NCBI GenBank assembly: GCA_958296005.1
Contig: CATQHQ010000001.1
Location: forward strand, 200,134-264,133
Direction: 5' to 3'
Source of the DNA: Longimicrobiales bacterium
GTDB lineage: Bacteria > Gemmatimonadota > Gemmatimonadetes > Longimicrobiales > Gaopeijiaceae
DNA: 64,000 bases
Shown here: positions 30,645 through 40,944 of the stretch, piece by piece
Numbering within the stretch: the stretch's first letter is position 1
Layout: the number at the start of each line of letters is the position of its first letter
Translations under genes and position numbers: made by a program
The notes under the pieces: generated by a model
What the model was told of the DNA's origin: nothing
Seen by the model: only the letters and a program-made list of their open reading frames with translations
Databases searched by the model: none

Positions 30645-32030
30645 ATGGACCGACGGGGTTTCCTGAAGGCCGGCGCTGCAGGAGCGGCCGGGGGAGCGCT
30701 TGCAGGTTGCGACCGGCCTGGCGCGACGGATGCGGGCGGCGGCACGCCCGGACGCAACGAGACCGCTATGGTTCCTGCCGCGCTGGGCCCGCCCCCCATC
30801 CAGCCGTTGGCGGCGGCACCGATAGGGGAGGTGCGGATCGGGTTCGTGGGCGTGGGAGGAATGGGAACCGCCCACGTCCGCAACTTGGTGCGGATCGAGG
30901 GGTGCGTGGTGTCGGCGGTCTGCGACGTCGAGGAGAGCCACGCCGAGCGGGCGGCGGGGATCGTCGAGGAGGCCGGGCACCCCAGGCCGGCCTTGTACAC
31001 CCGAGGCGAGACCGACTTCCAGCGCCTCTGCGCGGAGGAGGAGCTGGACCTGGTGTACACCGCGACGCCCTGGCGCTGGCACGTGCCCGTGTGCGTCGCC
31101 GCCATGGAGAGCGGGAAGCACGCCGCCACGGAAGTTCCGGCCGCCTATACGCTGGAGGACTGCTGGCGGCTGGTCGAGACCGCCGAGGCGACGAGCCGCC
31201 ACTGCGTGATGATGGAGAACGTGAACTACGGCCGCGCCGAGCTGCTGTGCCTCAACCTGGTGCGCCAGGGGGTCTTGGGCGATATCCTCCACGCCGAGTG
31301 CGGGTACCTGCACGACCTGCGGGCGATCAAGTTCGCCGACGAGGGCGAAGGGCTGTGGCGCCGCGACCACTCCTGGACCCGCGACGGCAACCTCTACCCC
31401 ACCCACGGCCTGGGACCCGTCGCCAACTGCATGGACGTCAACCGAGGCGACCGCTTCGACTACCTCGTGTCGATGAGCAGTCCGTCCCGGGGCTTGCAGG
31501 AGTGGGCCACCGCCCACTACCCGGAGGGTCACCCGAAGCGCGACGAGACCTTCGCCCTGGGCGACGTGAACGGGAGCCTGATCAAGACCGCTCTGGGCCG
31601 CACGATCTACCTCTCCCACGACACGAACCTTCCCCGCCCCTACAGCCGCATCAACCAGGTGCAGGGAACACGGGGCGTATTTCAGGGGTACCCCGACAGG
31701 GTGCACGTCGAAGGCAGAAGTCCCGGCCACCAGTGGGAAGATGCGGAGGCGTACTACCACGAGTTCGAGCACCCGCTTTGGCGAGCGCTTCGAGAGGAGT
31801 CGATCGGCGCGGGCCACGGCGGCATGGACTTCATGGAGGACTACCGGCTGGTCAAGTGCCTGCGAGATGGACTTCCCACAGACATGAACGTGTACGACGC
31901 GGCGGCGCTGAGCGCAGTGTGCGAGCTCTCCGAGATCAGCGTCGCCCGCGGCAGCGCGCCGGTGGCGTTCCCCGACTTTACCCGGGGACGTTGGCAGGAG
32001 TGGGCGTCCTGGTCGATCGTGGAAGCGTGA
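30645..32030 (+). CDS. TAT-exported Gfo/Idh/MocA-family oxidoreductase (GH109-like)
   Basis: Twin-arginine signal 'MDRRGFLKAGAAGAAGGALAGC'. Rossmann motif 'VRIGFVGVGGMGTAHV'. Confidence 0.88.
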   Translation: MDRRGFLKAGAAGAAGGALAGCDRPGATDAGGGTPGRNETAMVPAALGPPPIQPLAAAPIGEVRIGFVGVGGMGTAHVRNLVRIEGCVVSAVCDVEESHAERAAGIVEEAGHPRPALYTRGETDFQRLCAEEELDLVYTATPWRWHVPVCVAAMESGKHAATEVPAAYTLEDCWRLVETAEATSRHCVMMENVNYGRAELLCLNLVRQGVLGDILHAECGYLHDLRAIKFADEGEGLWRRDHSWTRDGNLYPTHGLGPVANCMDVNRGDRFDYLVSMSSPSRGLQEWATAHYPEGHPKRDETFALGDVNGSLIKTALGRTIYLSHDTNLPRPYSRINQVQGTRGVFQGYPDRVHVEGRSPGHQWEDAEAYYHEFEHPLWRALREESIGAGHGGMDFMEDYRLVKCLRDGLPTDMNVYDAAALSAVCELSEISVARGSAPVAFPDFTRGRWQEWASWSIVEA

Positions 32031-32074
32031 GGGCCGGCCACAAGTCACGAGACGAACAGACAGGAAGATGCTCC

Positions 32075-34873
32075 ATGCGAGAGGTTGACAGTGGAACGCC
32101 CTGGGTGGTTTCGGCGGCGGAAGCGCTGGTTCTAGCTGCCGTAGCGGCTCTTGCGGCGGCCGCCGCGGTTCCGGTCGTTGGCACCGCACGCCTGAACGCC
32201 CAGCAAGTCCCCACGCCCGAGTCCGTGCTGGGTCATCGGGTCGGGGCGGACTTTCATCTGGCCACGTTCGAGGAGTCGATCGGCTACTTCGAGCAGCTGG
32301 ACGCGGCGAGCGACCGGTTGGAGCTGCGGCAGGTGGGACGCTCCTCGTTCGGGCGGCCGGTGTACGTCGCGCTGATCTCCAGCGCCGAGAACCTGCGCAA
32401 CCTGGAGCGGCACCGGGAGATCGCCCAGCGGCTCGCCCACCCCAAGGAGCTTTCCGACGACGAGGCCCGGACGCTGGCCGCCGAAGGCAGAGCGATCGTG
32501 CACATCGACGGCGGACTTCACGCCACCGAGGTCGCCCACGCCCAGCACACCATTCAGCTGGCCTACGACCTGACGACCGGCGACGACGACCCGGAGATCA
32601 GGGCGATCCTGGACAACGTGATCCTCATGCTGTGGCCGTCGATCAACCCCGACGGGCAGACGATGATCGCCGAGTGGTACCGCTCCAACTTGGGCACGCC
32701 CTACGAGGTGTCGTCGGCACCGTTTCTCTACCAGAAGTACATCGGCCACGACAACAACCGGGACGGGTACATGATCAACCAGATCGAGTCTCGGATGGCC
32801 ACGCGAGTCGCGCGGGAGTGGGAGCCGCAAGTCCTCTACAACCACCACCAGAGCTCGCCGTTCCCCACGCGGATCTGGATTCCGCCCTTTGCGGAGCCGA
32901 TCTCGCCTCACGTTCATCCCCTCATGTGGCGAACGGTCAACCTCATCGGCATGTCGATGGCGCAGGCGCTGGAGGAGCGCGGCCAGAAGGGCGCCACCCA
33001 TATGGGCACGGGCTTCGACAACTGGTACCCGGGCTTCATGGACCACGCCCACAACTTTCACAACGTGGTGTCGTTCCTGACGGAGACGGCGTTGTACCGC
33101 TACGCCACCCCGCACTTCTACACGATTCAGGACTTTCCGGGGAACACCCGCGAGCTCCGTCCGCAGTCCCTCTACAGCAGTCCATGGGAAGGAGGATGGT
33201 GGCGACTTCGCGACGCCGTAGAGTACATGCTTACCGCGTCGATCTCGGTGCTCGATCTTGCAGCCAAGTACCGGACCGACATCTTGTACAACCGCTACCA
33301 GGCGGGGCGCGACATCGTTGCGCAGTACACGGAGGAGCCTCCGTACGCGTTCTTCGTCCCCCAGGACCAGCGGGACCCGGTGGCAGCGGTGGAGATGCTC
33401 CGGCGCCTCGCCTACAACGGGATCGAAGTGCACCAGCTTGCCAGTGCGGTCGCGTTTGAAGGGGTTGCGCATCCGGCAGGGACTTGGGTGATCCCGATGG
33501 ACCAGGAGTTCGCCAACTTCGTGCGGCAGCTCTTTGCGGTGCAGGAGTACCCGGACCTGCGCCAGTATCCGGAGGGGCCGCCGGACCAGCCTTACGACGT
33601 CTCGGGTTGGACGTTGCCGTACCTGATGGGCGTGCGCGTCGTGGAGGCGGCGTCGCCGTTGACGGAAGGGGTGCGCGACGCAATGGCGCCGCTAGCCGCC
33701 GAACCCCTGCCGTGGGACGCCGACGTGGACGACGCGTCGCCGTTCGACTCGCCTCCGGGGGTTGGGTTCGACAGCCATCCCGTGGCGGCAGCGATCGTGC
33801 CTCCGCCGGGGAACGCCGGGGGCGGCGGGGGCGGGCTGGTGGCGGATCCGGCCCAGAACAACGCCTTCAAGGCGATCAACCGCGCGTGGGCGGCCGGGGG
33901 GCGGGTGCGCTTCGTACCGGGGACCGGCGGCGAGGACGGAGCGCCTGGAAGATCGGGACGGTACGTGGTCGCGGGCCTTTCCGGGACGGCCCGCAGCGCG
34001 CTTGCGTCGGAGCTCCACTTGCGGAGCGTCGGCGACAACGGCCGCGGCAGCTCCGGCACCCAGGGCGGCGTCGACCTGCGGCGGCCTCGAGTTGGCCTCT
34101 ACCGCCCGTGGAACCCGTCGATGGACGAAGGGTGGACGCGCTGGCTGCTGGAGGCTTACGACTTCGAGTTCGCCAGCTTGTACAACCCGGATGTGCTGGC
34201 CGGGGACCTTCGGGACCGCTACGACGTAATCGTCTTGGCGGACATGCGCGCCAGGCAGATTCTGGAGGGCTTCGCCAAAGGATCGGTGCCCCCGCGCTAC
34301 GAAGGCGGCATCGGCAGCCGTGGCGTCCGGGAGATGGACGCCTTCGTGCGGAGCGGCGGCACGTTGGTGGCCTTGAACGACGCGGGTCTGTTCGCGATCG
34401 ACCAGCTGCATCTGCCCGTGGAGAATGTGGTGGCGGACCTTGATCCCACCGACTTCTTCATGAGCGGATCGATCGTGGCGATGGAGGTCGATCCGTCGCA
34501 TCCCGTGATGTCGGGGATGCCGGCGCAAGCCAAGATCGTCGTCGAGGCAAGCCCCGTCTTCACGACCAAGGACGGATTCGAAGGCTCGGTCATCGCCAAG
34601 TATGCGGCGGAGGGCTCGCCCCTGCTGTCTGGCTACCTGTTGGGAGAGGAGCACTTGCAGGGCTACGCGGCCGCTCTGGACGTGGCGCATGGAGACGGGC
34701 GCGTGGTGCTGCTGGGCATGAAGCCCCAGTGGCGAGGCCAGCCCTTCGGCAACTTCCGCATTCTGTTCAACGCGCTGCTGTACGGCACCGGCGTCGCCGC
34801 GGCGGCCCCGGCGAACCCGGAGTTCTGGACAGCTCCTGACAGCGCGGCGGCGCCGAAACCACCCGAGCCATGA
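32075..34873 (+). CDS. M14-family zinc carboxypeptidase-like protein (large, secreted)
   Basis: Signal/anchor 'ALVLAAVAALAAAAAVPVVG'. 'VHIDGGLHATEV' (H-x-x-E zinc ligands). 'YIGHDNNRDGYM', 'YNHHQ'. Start ATG 32075. The upstream part of the 1388-aa track ORF is read-through across the oxidoreductase gene. Confidence 0.85.
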   Translation: MREVDSGTPWVVSAAEALVLAAVAALAAAAAVPVVGTARLNAQQVPTPESVLGHRVGADFHLATFEESIGYFEQLDAASDRLELRQVGRSSFGRPVYVALISSAENLRNLERHREIAQRLAHPKELSDDEARTLAAEGRAIVHIDGGLHATEVAHAQHTIQLAYDLTTGDDDPEIRAILDNVILMLWPSINPDGQTMIAEWYRSNLGTPYEVSSAPFLYQKYIGHDNNRDGYMINQIESRMATRVAREWEPQVLYNHHQSSPFPTRIWIPPFAEPISPHVHPLMWRTVNLIGMSMAQALEERGQKGATHMGTGFDNWYPGFMDHAHNFHNVVSFLTETALYRYATPHFYTIQDFPGNTRELRPQSLYSSPWEGGWWRLRDAVEYMLTASISVLDLAAKYRTDILYNRYQAGRDIVAQYTEEPPYAFFVPQDQRDPVAAVEMLRRLAYNGIEVHQLASAVAFEGVAHPAGTWVIPMDQEFANFVRQLFAVQEYPDLRQYPEGPPDQPYDVSGWTLPYLMGVRVVEAASPLTEGVRDAMAPLAAEPLPWDADVDDASPFDSPPGVGFDSHPVAAAIVPPPGNAGGGGGGLVADPAQNNAFKAINRAWAAGGRVRFVPGTGGEDGAPGRSGRYVVAGLSGTARSALASELHLRSVGDNGRGSSGTQGGVDLRRPRVGLYRPWNPSMDEGWTRWLLEAYDFEFASLYNPDVLAGDLRDRYDVIVLADMRARQILEGFAKGSVPPRYEGGIGSRGVREMDAFVRSGGTLVALNDAGLFAIDQLHLPVENVVADLDPTDFFMSGSIVAMEVDPSHPVMSGMPAQAKIVVEASPVFTTKDGFEGSVIAKYAAEGSPLLSGYLLGEEHLQGYAAALDVAHGDGRVVLLGMKPQWRGQPFGNFRILFNALLYGTGVAAAAPANPEFWTAPDSAAAPKPPEP

Positions 34874-37293
34874 TCGGCCGGGGGCGACGGCCAGCCGTGC
34901 TTGCGGCCCGGCTGCTGTCCTTGACGGTGGGGGTCTCGACGGTCCTTGGGTGCGAGGTCGTTCTAGACCCTGCGCTCTCGTCTCCCGGACCTTCGGCCGC
35001 GGACCCGACAGCGCTCGCCGGCGATCATGCGCCGAACGGACGGATTCGGGTGTCGCCCCAGCGAGCGGCGTTCTTTCGACGGAACGGAGAGCCCTCGGAA
35101 CGCTTCGCCTTTTCTGCACAGTTGTTCGATTCCACCGGCGCCGTCGTCGCCTTTTCGAGTCCGCCGGCATGGACTGTTGCGGGAGACGGCGGGTCGAGTC
35201 TCGCAAGAGATTGGCTGTCTGACGACGGACTCGCCGCGGTGGCGGAGGCGGAGTCGGAATCGGCCGGGCGCGACACGGTGATCGCGAGCCACGGGTCGGC
35301 GGCGGGACGCGCGACGATCACCAACTGGGAGTGGCTGGACGGTCGGTGGCAAGGGCTCGACTGGACCCGTCTGGGGAGGTCCCAGTGCCTCTCGTTCAGG
35401 GTCTTGGACGGCCGGGGGACGCCCATTGCCCTGTCGTCCTTCCAGCATTTGCACGGCTTGTCGCTGGCGCCCCAGACCGTCGAAGTGGAATCGGTCTCCT
35501 TGGTCGGCGACGGCGTCGAGGCGCGCGTTTGCATCCGGGCGCACCGACCCGGGACGAGCCGCGTTGTCTCGTCGGCCTGGGACACGGTGTCGTTCCGCTA
35601 CGTGGGGAGCTACCAGCCTCACCATGTGCTCGCAGAGCCACTGGCGTTGCGGTTCCGGGCGGACCGCTGGGAGCTGGGAGTTGGTCAGGCGGAGCGCGTC
35701 GAGCTGCACGTGACAGGCAGTCAGGGAAACGTTGGAACCGCGCCGACGTCGGAGGTTTCGGTGTCGTCGTCGCGCGCCGACGTGGCGGTGATCGACGACG
35801 GGGGCGTGGCGAGGGGCGCGGGGCCGGGTTCCGCGACCTTCCTGGCGTCGTATTCGGACCTTGAAGCCGAAGCGCGGGTTGGAGTGAAGGTCTACGAGAT
35901 CGTGGCCGTTCGCGCGGGCCAGGGCGTCACGTGCTTGCTGATGCGCCGGGGAACCGTTCGGTGCGCGGGACTGAAGCACCGGCCCGCGATCGGCTACAAG
36001 CTGGAAAGTCAAGGCGGCGTGCTCGCGTTCGCCGATGCGCCCGACGTTCCGATCGGCGGACCGCCGGTTGTGGACTTCGGGCGGGGATTGGCCTTCCGTC
36101 ACCTGTGCGTGGTGCAGGAGAACGCCGAGGTTCGCTGCTGGGGAGAAGGGGCCTATGGCAAGCTGGGCTACGGCAACGAACTCTCCGTGGGCAACTGGAG
36201 CACGCCTGCCGATGCGGGCGCCGTGTCCGTAGGGCTCAGGGTCGGAAGCGTTGGGATGGGCGAGTTCCATACCTGCGCCGTCGCGGCAGAATCAGGCGTG
36301 GTGCGTTGTTGGGGACTCAACTCGGCTGGCCAGCTGGGGTACGGGTCCGAGGAACCGGCCGTAGGCGACGACGAGACGCCAGCCTCTTTTGGCGACGTGC
36401 CCCTGGGCGGCAAGGCAGTCCAGGTGCAGGGCGGTCGATTCATGACCTGCGCGCTGATGGAGACAGGCCGCGTCCGCTGCTGGGGAATCAACAGTGACGG
36501 ATGGGATCCGAAGACCAAAGAAGTGGCGGGCCAATTCTTCGGCCTGGGCTACGGCGACCGGTTCCCGCCCGATCAAGCTCTGGGCGACGACGAAACGCCG
36601 GCTTCGGTGGGCGACGTGCCCTTGCCGGGGCGGGTCGAGAAGCTCGCCGTCGGGGGCTTTCACGTGTGCGCACTGATCGTCGGGGGCGCGGTTCGGTGCT
36701 GGGGGTCGTCGTGGTGGGGCGTCTTGGGAGACGGCAGCAGGGGCGAGCGCATAGAGCACGTCCTCGACGCCGCCGATGCGCCCGAACTGCAGTTCGAGAC
36801 CCCCGTGGTCGACCTGGCGGCGCATTACTTTCACACCTGCGCGCTTTTGGAAGACGGCTCCGTGCGGTGTTGGGGACTTGGCGACAACGGCGCACTGGGC
36901 TACGGGCACACCCGCAACGTCGGTGACGACGAACCCGTGACGGCCGCTCCGCCCGTGCCGCTTGGCGGGCCCGTCGCGGCGATTGCCGTCACCTATCAAG
37001 GGGGTTGCGCCGTTATGCGGGCCGGGGGTCTCCGTTGCTGGGGAGCCCCGAGCGATCTGGGCTTCACCGGCGCGCATCTCGGGGACGATGAGGCGCCAGC
37101 GGTGGGTGGGGATGTCCGTGTCTTCGCCGGACCGCTCGGAGGGACGACGAGTCGTGCGTTCTGGGCCCGCAAGCCGACGATGGAGGTCGGTATGTGGGTG
37201 TCGGCCCCCCGTCGCGGTCCGGTGGCTGGACCTTGGGGCGTGCTGTCGCCCGACTCCCTGCCGCCCGTGTCTTCTTGGCCGCCCGTCCGATGA
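34870..37293 (+). CDS. lipoprotein with Ig-like (Big_2-type) domains and RCC1-like beta-propeller repeats
   Basis: Lipobox 'STVLGCEV'. At least six repeats of the type 'VRCWGEGAYGKLGYG', 'VRCWGLNSAGQLGYG', 'VRCWGINSDG', 'VRCWGSSWWGVLGDG', 'VRCWGLGDNGALGYG', 'LRCWGAPSDLGF'. Its ATG overlaps the upstream TGA (ATGA). Confidence 0.85.
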   Translation: MIGRGRRPAVLAARLLSLTVGVSTVLGCEVVLDPALSSPGPSAADPTALAGDHAPNGRIRVSPQRAAFFRRNGEPSERFAFSAQLFDSTGAVVAFSSPPAWTVAGDGGSSLARDWLSDDGLAAVAEAESESAGRDTVIASHGSAAGRATITNWEWLDGRWQGLDWTRLGRSQCLSFRVLDGRGTPIALSSFQHLHGLSLAPQTVEVESVSLVGDGVEARVCIRAHRPGTSRVVSSAWDTVSFRYVGSYQPHHVLAEPLALRFRADRWELGVGQAERVELHVTGSQGNVGTAPTSEVSVSSSRADVAVIDDGGVARGAGPGSATFLASYSDLEAEARVGVKVYEIVAVRAGQGVTCLLMRRGTVRCAGLKHRPAIGYKLESQGGVLAFADAPDVPIGGPPVVDFGRGLAFRHLCVVQENAEVRCWGEGAYGKLGYGNELSVGNWSTPADAGAVSVGLRVGSVGMGEFHTCAVAAESGVVRCWGLNSAGQLGYGSEEPAVGDDETPASFGDVPLGGKAVQVQGGRFMTCALMETGRVRCWGINSDGWDPKTKEVAGQFFGLGYGDRFPPDQALGDDETPASVGDVPLPGRVEKLAVGGFHVCALIVGGAVRCWGSSWWGVLGDGSRGERIEHVLDAADAPELQFETPVVDLAAHYFHTCALLEDGSVRCWGLGDNGALGYGHTRNVGDDEPVTAAPPVPLGGPVAAIAVTYQGGCAVMRAGGLRCWGAPSDLGFTGAHLGDDEAPAVGGDVRVFAGPLGGTTSRAFWARKPTMEVGMWVSAPRRGPVAGPWGVLSPDSLPPVSSWPPVR

Positions 37294-39668
37294 CGGGGAC
37301 CTCCCCTCCGGTGACTCGGACGACGCGCGGTCGCGTCCGAGCCGCTCTGATCCTGACGCTTGGCGCTGGCGGGGCGGCGTGCGGCGGCGACGCGCCCGTT
37401 TCTCCTCCCGATCCTCCGAAGGCGGCGCGCCTCGAGCTGGTCACCGACTCGGCTGCACTGTGGGGGTACCCTGGGTCGGCGACCGTCGAGCGCTTGGTCG
37501 TGGTGGCCAGCGACCGGGCCGGCAACCCTGTGCCGGGCGTGCTCGTGAGCTTCTCGGCAACGGACGGAGGGTCGGCAACGCCTTCCCAGGCGACCACCGG
37601 CACCGACGGTCGGGCAACAACGACCTGGGTATTGGGAACCGAGCCGGGGGCCTACCGCATGACGGTGCAGGCGGAGGGGGTCAGCCCGTTGGTCGTCGTG
37701 GCGTCTACTCGGTTGCTGGTCGAGTTGGAAGGCGACACGGTGGCCGTCGCGTCGCCCGACACCTCGTTCACGCTTCCCGTCAACGTGCCGTCGGGACAGG
37801 CATGGGCCGGGCGCGTTGTCGAGGAGTCCCGATCGCTGGACGACGTTCCCGTGGTGGAAGTGCGCCGCCTCCGGGACCCTCTCCGCTTGGAGCTACGAGT
37901 GCGATCGCCCGGGACCGCACAAATTGCGGTGGAAACCGAGGGGGCGGCGCGCCATTTCTTGCTCGTCGTGGCACCCACGCGTCCGGTGGTCGTGGATGTC
38001 CTCCAGCCCGATTGGCCGGCCAGTCAGGAAGCGGTGCTTCGGGGCTACAAGCTGGACGAACTACCCTTTCCGGCTATCCAGTTGGACGGAGAACCCGTCG
38101 CCCGTGCCTACCGCTTGGACAGCACGCAGATCGTAATCCAACCCGTACCGTTGAACCGTGGCGCATGTTCCGGCCCGGCCGTGGTGCCGGGTGTCCTGTC
38201 GGTTGTCGGGGGGATCGTTGTCGGGGAACCGGTGGTCATGCGCACCGGGGGTCCGCTCCTGTCGTTGGCGCTGGGCGAAGCGAAGCGCATCGACTCCAAC
38301 GACGCGTGCCTTCGGCTGTTGCTGGCGCCGGACGCGCGACTCGCCGTTGCCGGCGTGGACCGCTCGTACCTGGACCAAGCTCGGGAAGAGGCCGAGGTCG
38401 TACGCTATGCCGCGCACCCGTTCTACACGATCTTCATGGCCGACAGCACTCCGGCCGCCGGGTATTCGGCGGCCCGGCGCAGAGAACAGCTGCCCTTCCA
38501 CGACGCCGTCTTCGACCGGCCTCCCGACGTTGTGCCGTACATCCCGTCGGCCGCTCTCGCTACGGCGAACGTGTACGCCAACGCCCAGCCTTACGTCGTG
38601 GGCGACGAGTTCGAGTGGTCCACGAACAACGGGCGGCACGGAACATACCGGGTCATGGGGCTCTACCCGCCCAACGTTGTGCTGGCCGTCTTCAAGGACG
38701 ACCTGCCCGCGCTGTGGAACGACGCCCGCAAGGCCGCCATGGACTCTCTGTTCATGGAGCTGGGGTCCAGCGAGGTGCAGGGGCTCTACAAGAACGTCTT
38801 CGGCCCCCATCCGCCGGCCACGAGCGCGGCCACGGGGCAGATGCTCGTCCTGTTTCACGACGGAACCGACAGCCAGGGCACCGGTGTCAACAATCCGTAC
38901 TACGAGGACAACCGATACTCCACGATTCACTTCCGCAGAGTGCACTTCCAGGACGACAACGGCTGGTACCGCAACTTGGTGTCTCACGAGTTCGCACACG
39001 CTTGGCAGTTCCGCAACATGCAAGCCTTCTCGGCCGTGTGGAGCATCGAGGGGATCGCAAATTTGTTCGCCGAAGAGTTCCTTCGGATCTCCGTCGGCCT
39101 GCCCTTGCACGCCAACCGCGACCACGACCGCCAGATCCGCGGCTGGCACTTTCGCTTGCCCGTGACTGGGTCCTTTCCCGGTGGCTACCGGGAGAGCCAT
39201 CCGTTCCTTCGGTTCCTCGTCTCCCGGTTGGTCCTGGTTCATGGACAGAGCTACGAATCGGCGGTCCGCCGGGTGGTTCGGGGCGCCGCCCTCGGATGGT
39301 ACGGACGTCACTTCGTCCAATGGGGAAGCGAAGAGGCCGTACAGGGCCTAGGGCTGGTCGGCCGGATGCAGGAAGTCGTTCCGGCATGGGACCCGTTGGA
39401 AGCGCGCCTCGACTGGATGCTCTCCTTCGCGCTGGACGACCGCGCCCCCTTCGACGAGTACGACATCCCGTTCGTGCGGGACGCTTGGCAGCACTTCGGA
39501 CCCGCACAGGAGATACGTCTGGGCGACGGCGAGGAGATGTCCGTGACGGCCTCGCGCGCCGGGAACTTGTACTACGTGCTGACTGGCGGCGCCGAGCCCG
39601 CCAGCGTCCGCCTGCGCATCGTTTCGGGGGAACCGAAGATGGCGTGGAAGGTGGTGCGCTTCAGGTAG
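37290..39668 (+). CDS. lipoprotein with Ig-like (Big_1-type) domain and MA-clan HExxH metallopeptidase-like domain
   Basis: Lipobox 'GAGGAACGGD'. 'VASDRAGNPVPGVLVSFSATDGGSATPSQATTGTDGRATTTW' (invasin/Big-like). 'VSHEFAHAWQF ... SIEGIANLFAEEF' (HExxH plus a downstream Glu). ATG 37290 overlaps the upstream stop (ATGA). Confidence 0.75.
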   Translation: MTGTSPPVTRTTRGRVRAALILTLGAGGAACGGDAPVSPPDPPKAARLELVTDSAALWGYPGSATVERLVVVASDRAGNPVPGVLVSFSATDGGSATPSQATTGTDGRATTTWVLGTEPGAYRMTVQAEGVSPLVVVASTRLLVELEGDTVAVASPDTSFTLPVNVPSGQAWAGRVVEESRSLDDVPVVEVRRLRDPLRLELRVRSPGTAQIAVETEGAARHFLLVVAPTRPVVVDVLQPDWPASQEAVLRGYKLDELPFPAIQLDGEPVARAYRLDSTQIVIQPVPLNRGACSGPAVVPGVLSVVGGIVVGEPVVMRTGGPLLSLALGEAKRIDSNDACLRLLLAPDARLAVAGVDRSYLDQAREEAEVVRYAAHPFYTIFMADSTPAAGYSAARRREQLPFHDAVFDRPPDVVPYIPSAALATANVYANAQPYVVGDEFEWSTNNGRHGTYRVMGLYPPNVVLAVFKDDLPALWNDARKAAMDSLFMELGSSEVQGLYKNVFGPHPPATSAATGQMLVLFHDGTDSQGTGVNNPYYEDNRYSTIHFRRVHFQDDNGWYRNLVSHEFAHAWQFRNMQAFSAVWSIEGIANLFAEEFLRISVGLPLHANRDHDRQIRGWHFRLPVTGSFPGGYRESHPFLRFLVSRLVLVHGQSYESAVRRVVRGAALGWYGRHFVQWGSEEAVQGLGLVGRMQEVVPAWDPLEARLDWMLSFALDDRAPFDEYDIPFVRDAWQHFGPAQEIRLGDGEEMSVTASRAGNLYYVLTGGAEPASVRLRIVSGEPKMAWKVVRFR

Positions 39669-40944
39669 CGTCGTACAGCAAGCACGGCGCCACGGAAGCG
39701 TCGAAGTCGTCCAGTTCCCGCTCCGCCTCCTTCATGATCTCGCCTGCGCTCGCGCCCGCTTCGAGGCCCGTTCGCAACCCGTCGTGCCCCCACAGGATGT
39801 CGATCGGCGGCAGATTGTGTTCGTACTCGTAGGGCGGGGCGCGCCACTCGAAGCGGTCTGGCGCCAAGGCACGGGCGGCGGCCAGGACTTCGACGGCGGT
39901 CCGCACCGGCGCGAAGGCGCTGGGGTCGGTCACGTGCAGCTGCGCCCCGCCGCACAGCTTGCCGGCGTGCTTCTGGAAGGTGGGCTCGAAGTGGCACGGG
40001 CGGAACACGACGCCGGGCAGATTCGCGGCGCGCAGCCGCTTCACGAGCGCGTCGGGGTCCAGCCACGGCGCACCAAAGAGCTCGAAGGGGCGCGTGGTTC
40101 CGCGTCCCTCCGACAGGTTGGTCCCCTCCAGAAGCACCATGCCTGGGTAGACCACGCAGGACGCGACCGTCGGAAGGTTGGGGCTGGGCATGACCCAGGG
40201 CAGTCCCGTGTCGCGCCAGGTCGTCTCGCTCCGCCAGCCTCGGCACGGGAGCACCGACAGCTCGCAGGCGACGCCCCTTTCCGCGCAGAGCCACCGGGCC
40301 AGCTCCCCGCACGTCAGCCCGTGTCGTAGCGGGATCGGGTGCAGTCCCACGAAGGACTCGAAGCCGGGCCGCAGGACGGGACCCTCCCGCGTGGCGCCTA
40401 CCGGGTTGGGCCGGTCCAGGACCACGAACCGGACCCCGGCTTCGCCGCACGCCTCCATCGCCAGCGCCATCGTCCACACGAAGGTGTAGACGCGTACGCC
40501 CACGTCCTGAAGGTCGAAGAGCACGACGTCCAAGCCGGAGAGCATTTCGGGTGTGGGCCGGCGCACGTCGCCGTACAACGAGTGGACCGGCAACCCGGTG
40601 GCCGGGTCCACGTAGGGCGCCGATTCGATCATGTTGTCTTGCTTCTCGCCCCGGGCGCCGTGCTGCGGGCCGAAGAGAGCGCGCACGTCCAGCCCGGCGT
40701 TCCTCGCCGCGTCCGCTGCGAACGCCAAATCCGACGCAACCGACGCGGGATGAACGATCATCCCCAGGCGGGCGCCGGTCAGTCCCAGGCGCGTTGCCGC
40801 ATCGGGCTCCCCGACGAGTCGGTCCAGGCCCGTCGCGACTCGTCGTTTCGCAACCTGCTTGCCTGCGTTCAGGGGTCGGGAACCGTCCTCGGCGGTTGCT
40901 CCCGCTGCCAGTAGAACGGTCCGGCCGGAACGCTGTCGGGCCAT
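39661..40944 (-). CDS. DUF1343 family protein (NamZ-like exo-beta-N-acetylmuramidase family)
   Basis: 'LFGPQHG', 'VVLFDLQDVGVRVYTFVWTM', 'FVVLDRPNPVG', 'LTCGELARW', 'NLSEGRGTTRPFE'. The only canonical in-frame start is ATG 40944, which overlaps the upstream gene by 76 nt. The 3' end overlaps the convergent 37290..39668 gene by 8 nt. Confidence 0.85.
   Translation of the reverse strand: MARQRSGRTVLLAAGATAEDGSRPLNAGKQVAKRRVATGLDRLVGEPDAATRLGLTGARLGMIVHPASVASDLAFAADAARNAGLDVRALFGPQHGARGEKQDNMIESAPYVDPATGLPVHSLYGDVRRPTPEMLSGLDVVLFDLQDVGVRVYTFVWTMALAMEACGEAGVRFVVLDRPNPVGATREGPVLRPGFESFVGLHPIPLRHGLTCGELARWLCAERGVACELSVLPCRGWRSETTWRDTGLPWVMPSPNLPTVASCVVYPGMVLLEGTNLSEGRGTTRPFELFGAPWLDPDALVKRLRAANLPGVVFRPCHFEPTFQKHAGKLCGGAQLHVTDPSAFAPVRTAVEVLAAARALAPDRFEWRAPPYEYEHNLPPIDILWGHDGLRTGLEAGASAGEIMKEAERELDDFDASVAPCLLYDAT

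Noticed and set aside
30609-32189. 526-aa minus-strand ORF
   Set aside because: Antisense to the TAT-exported Gfo/Idh/MocA oxidoreductase. No motifs.
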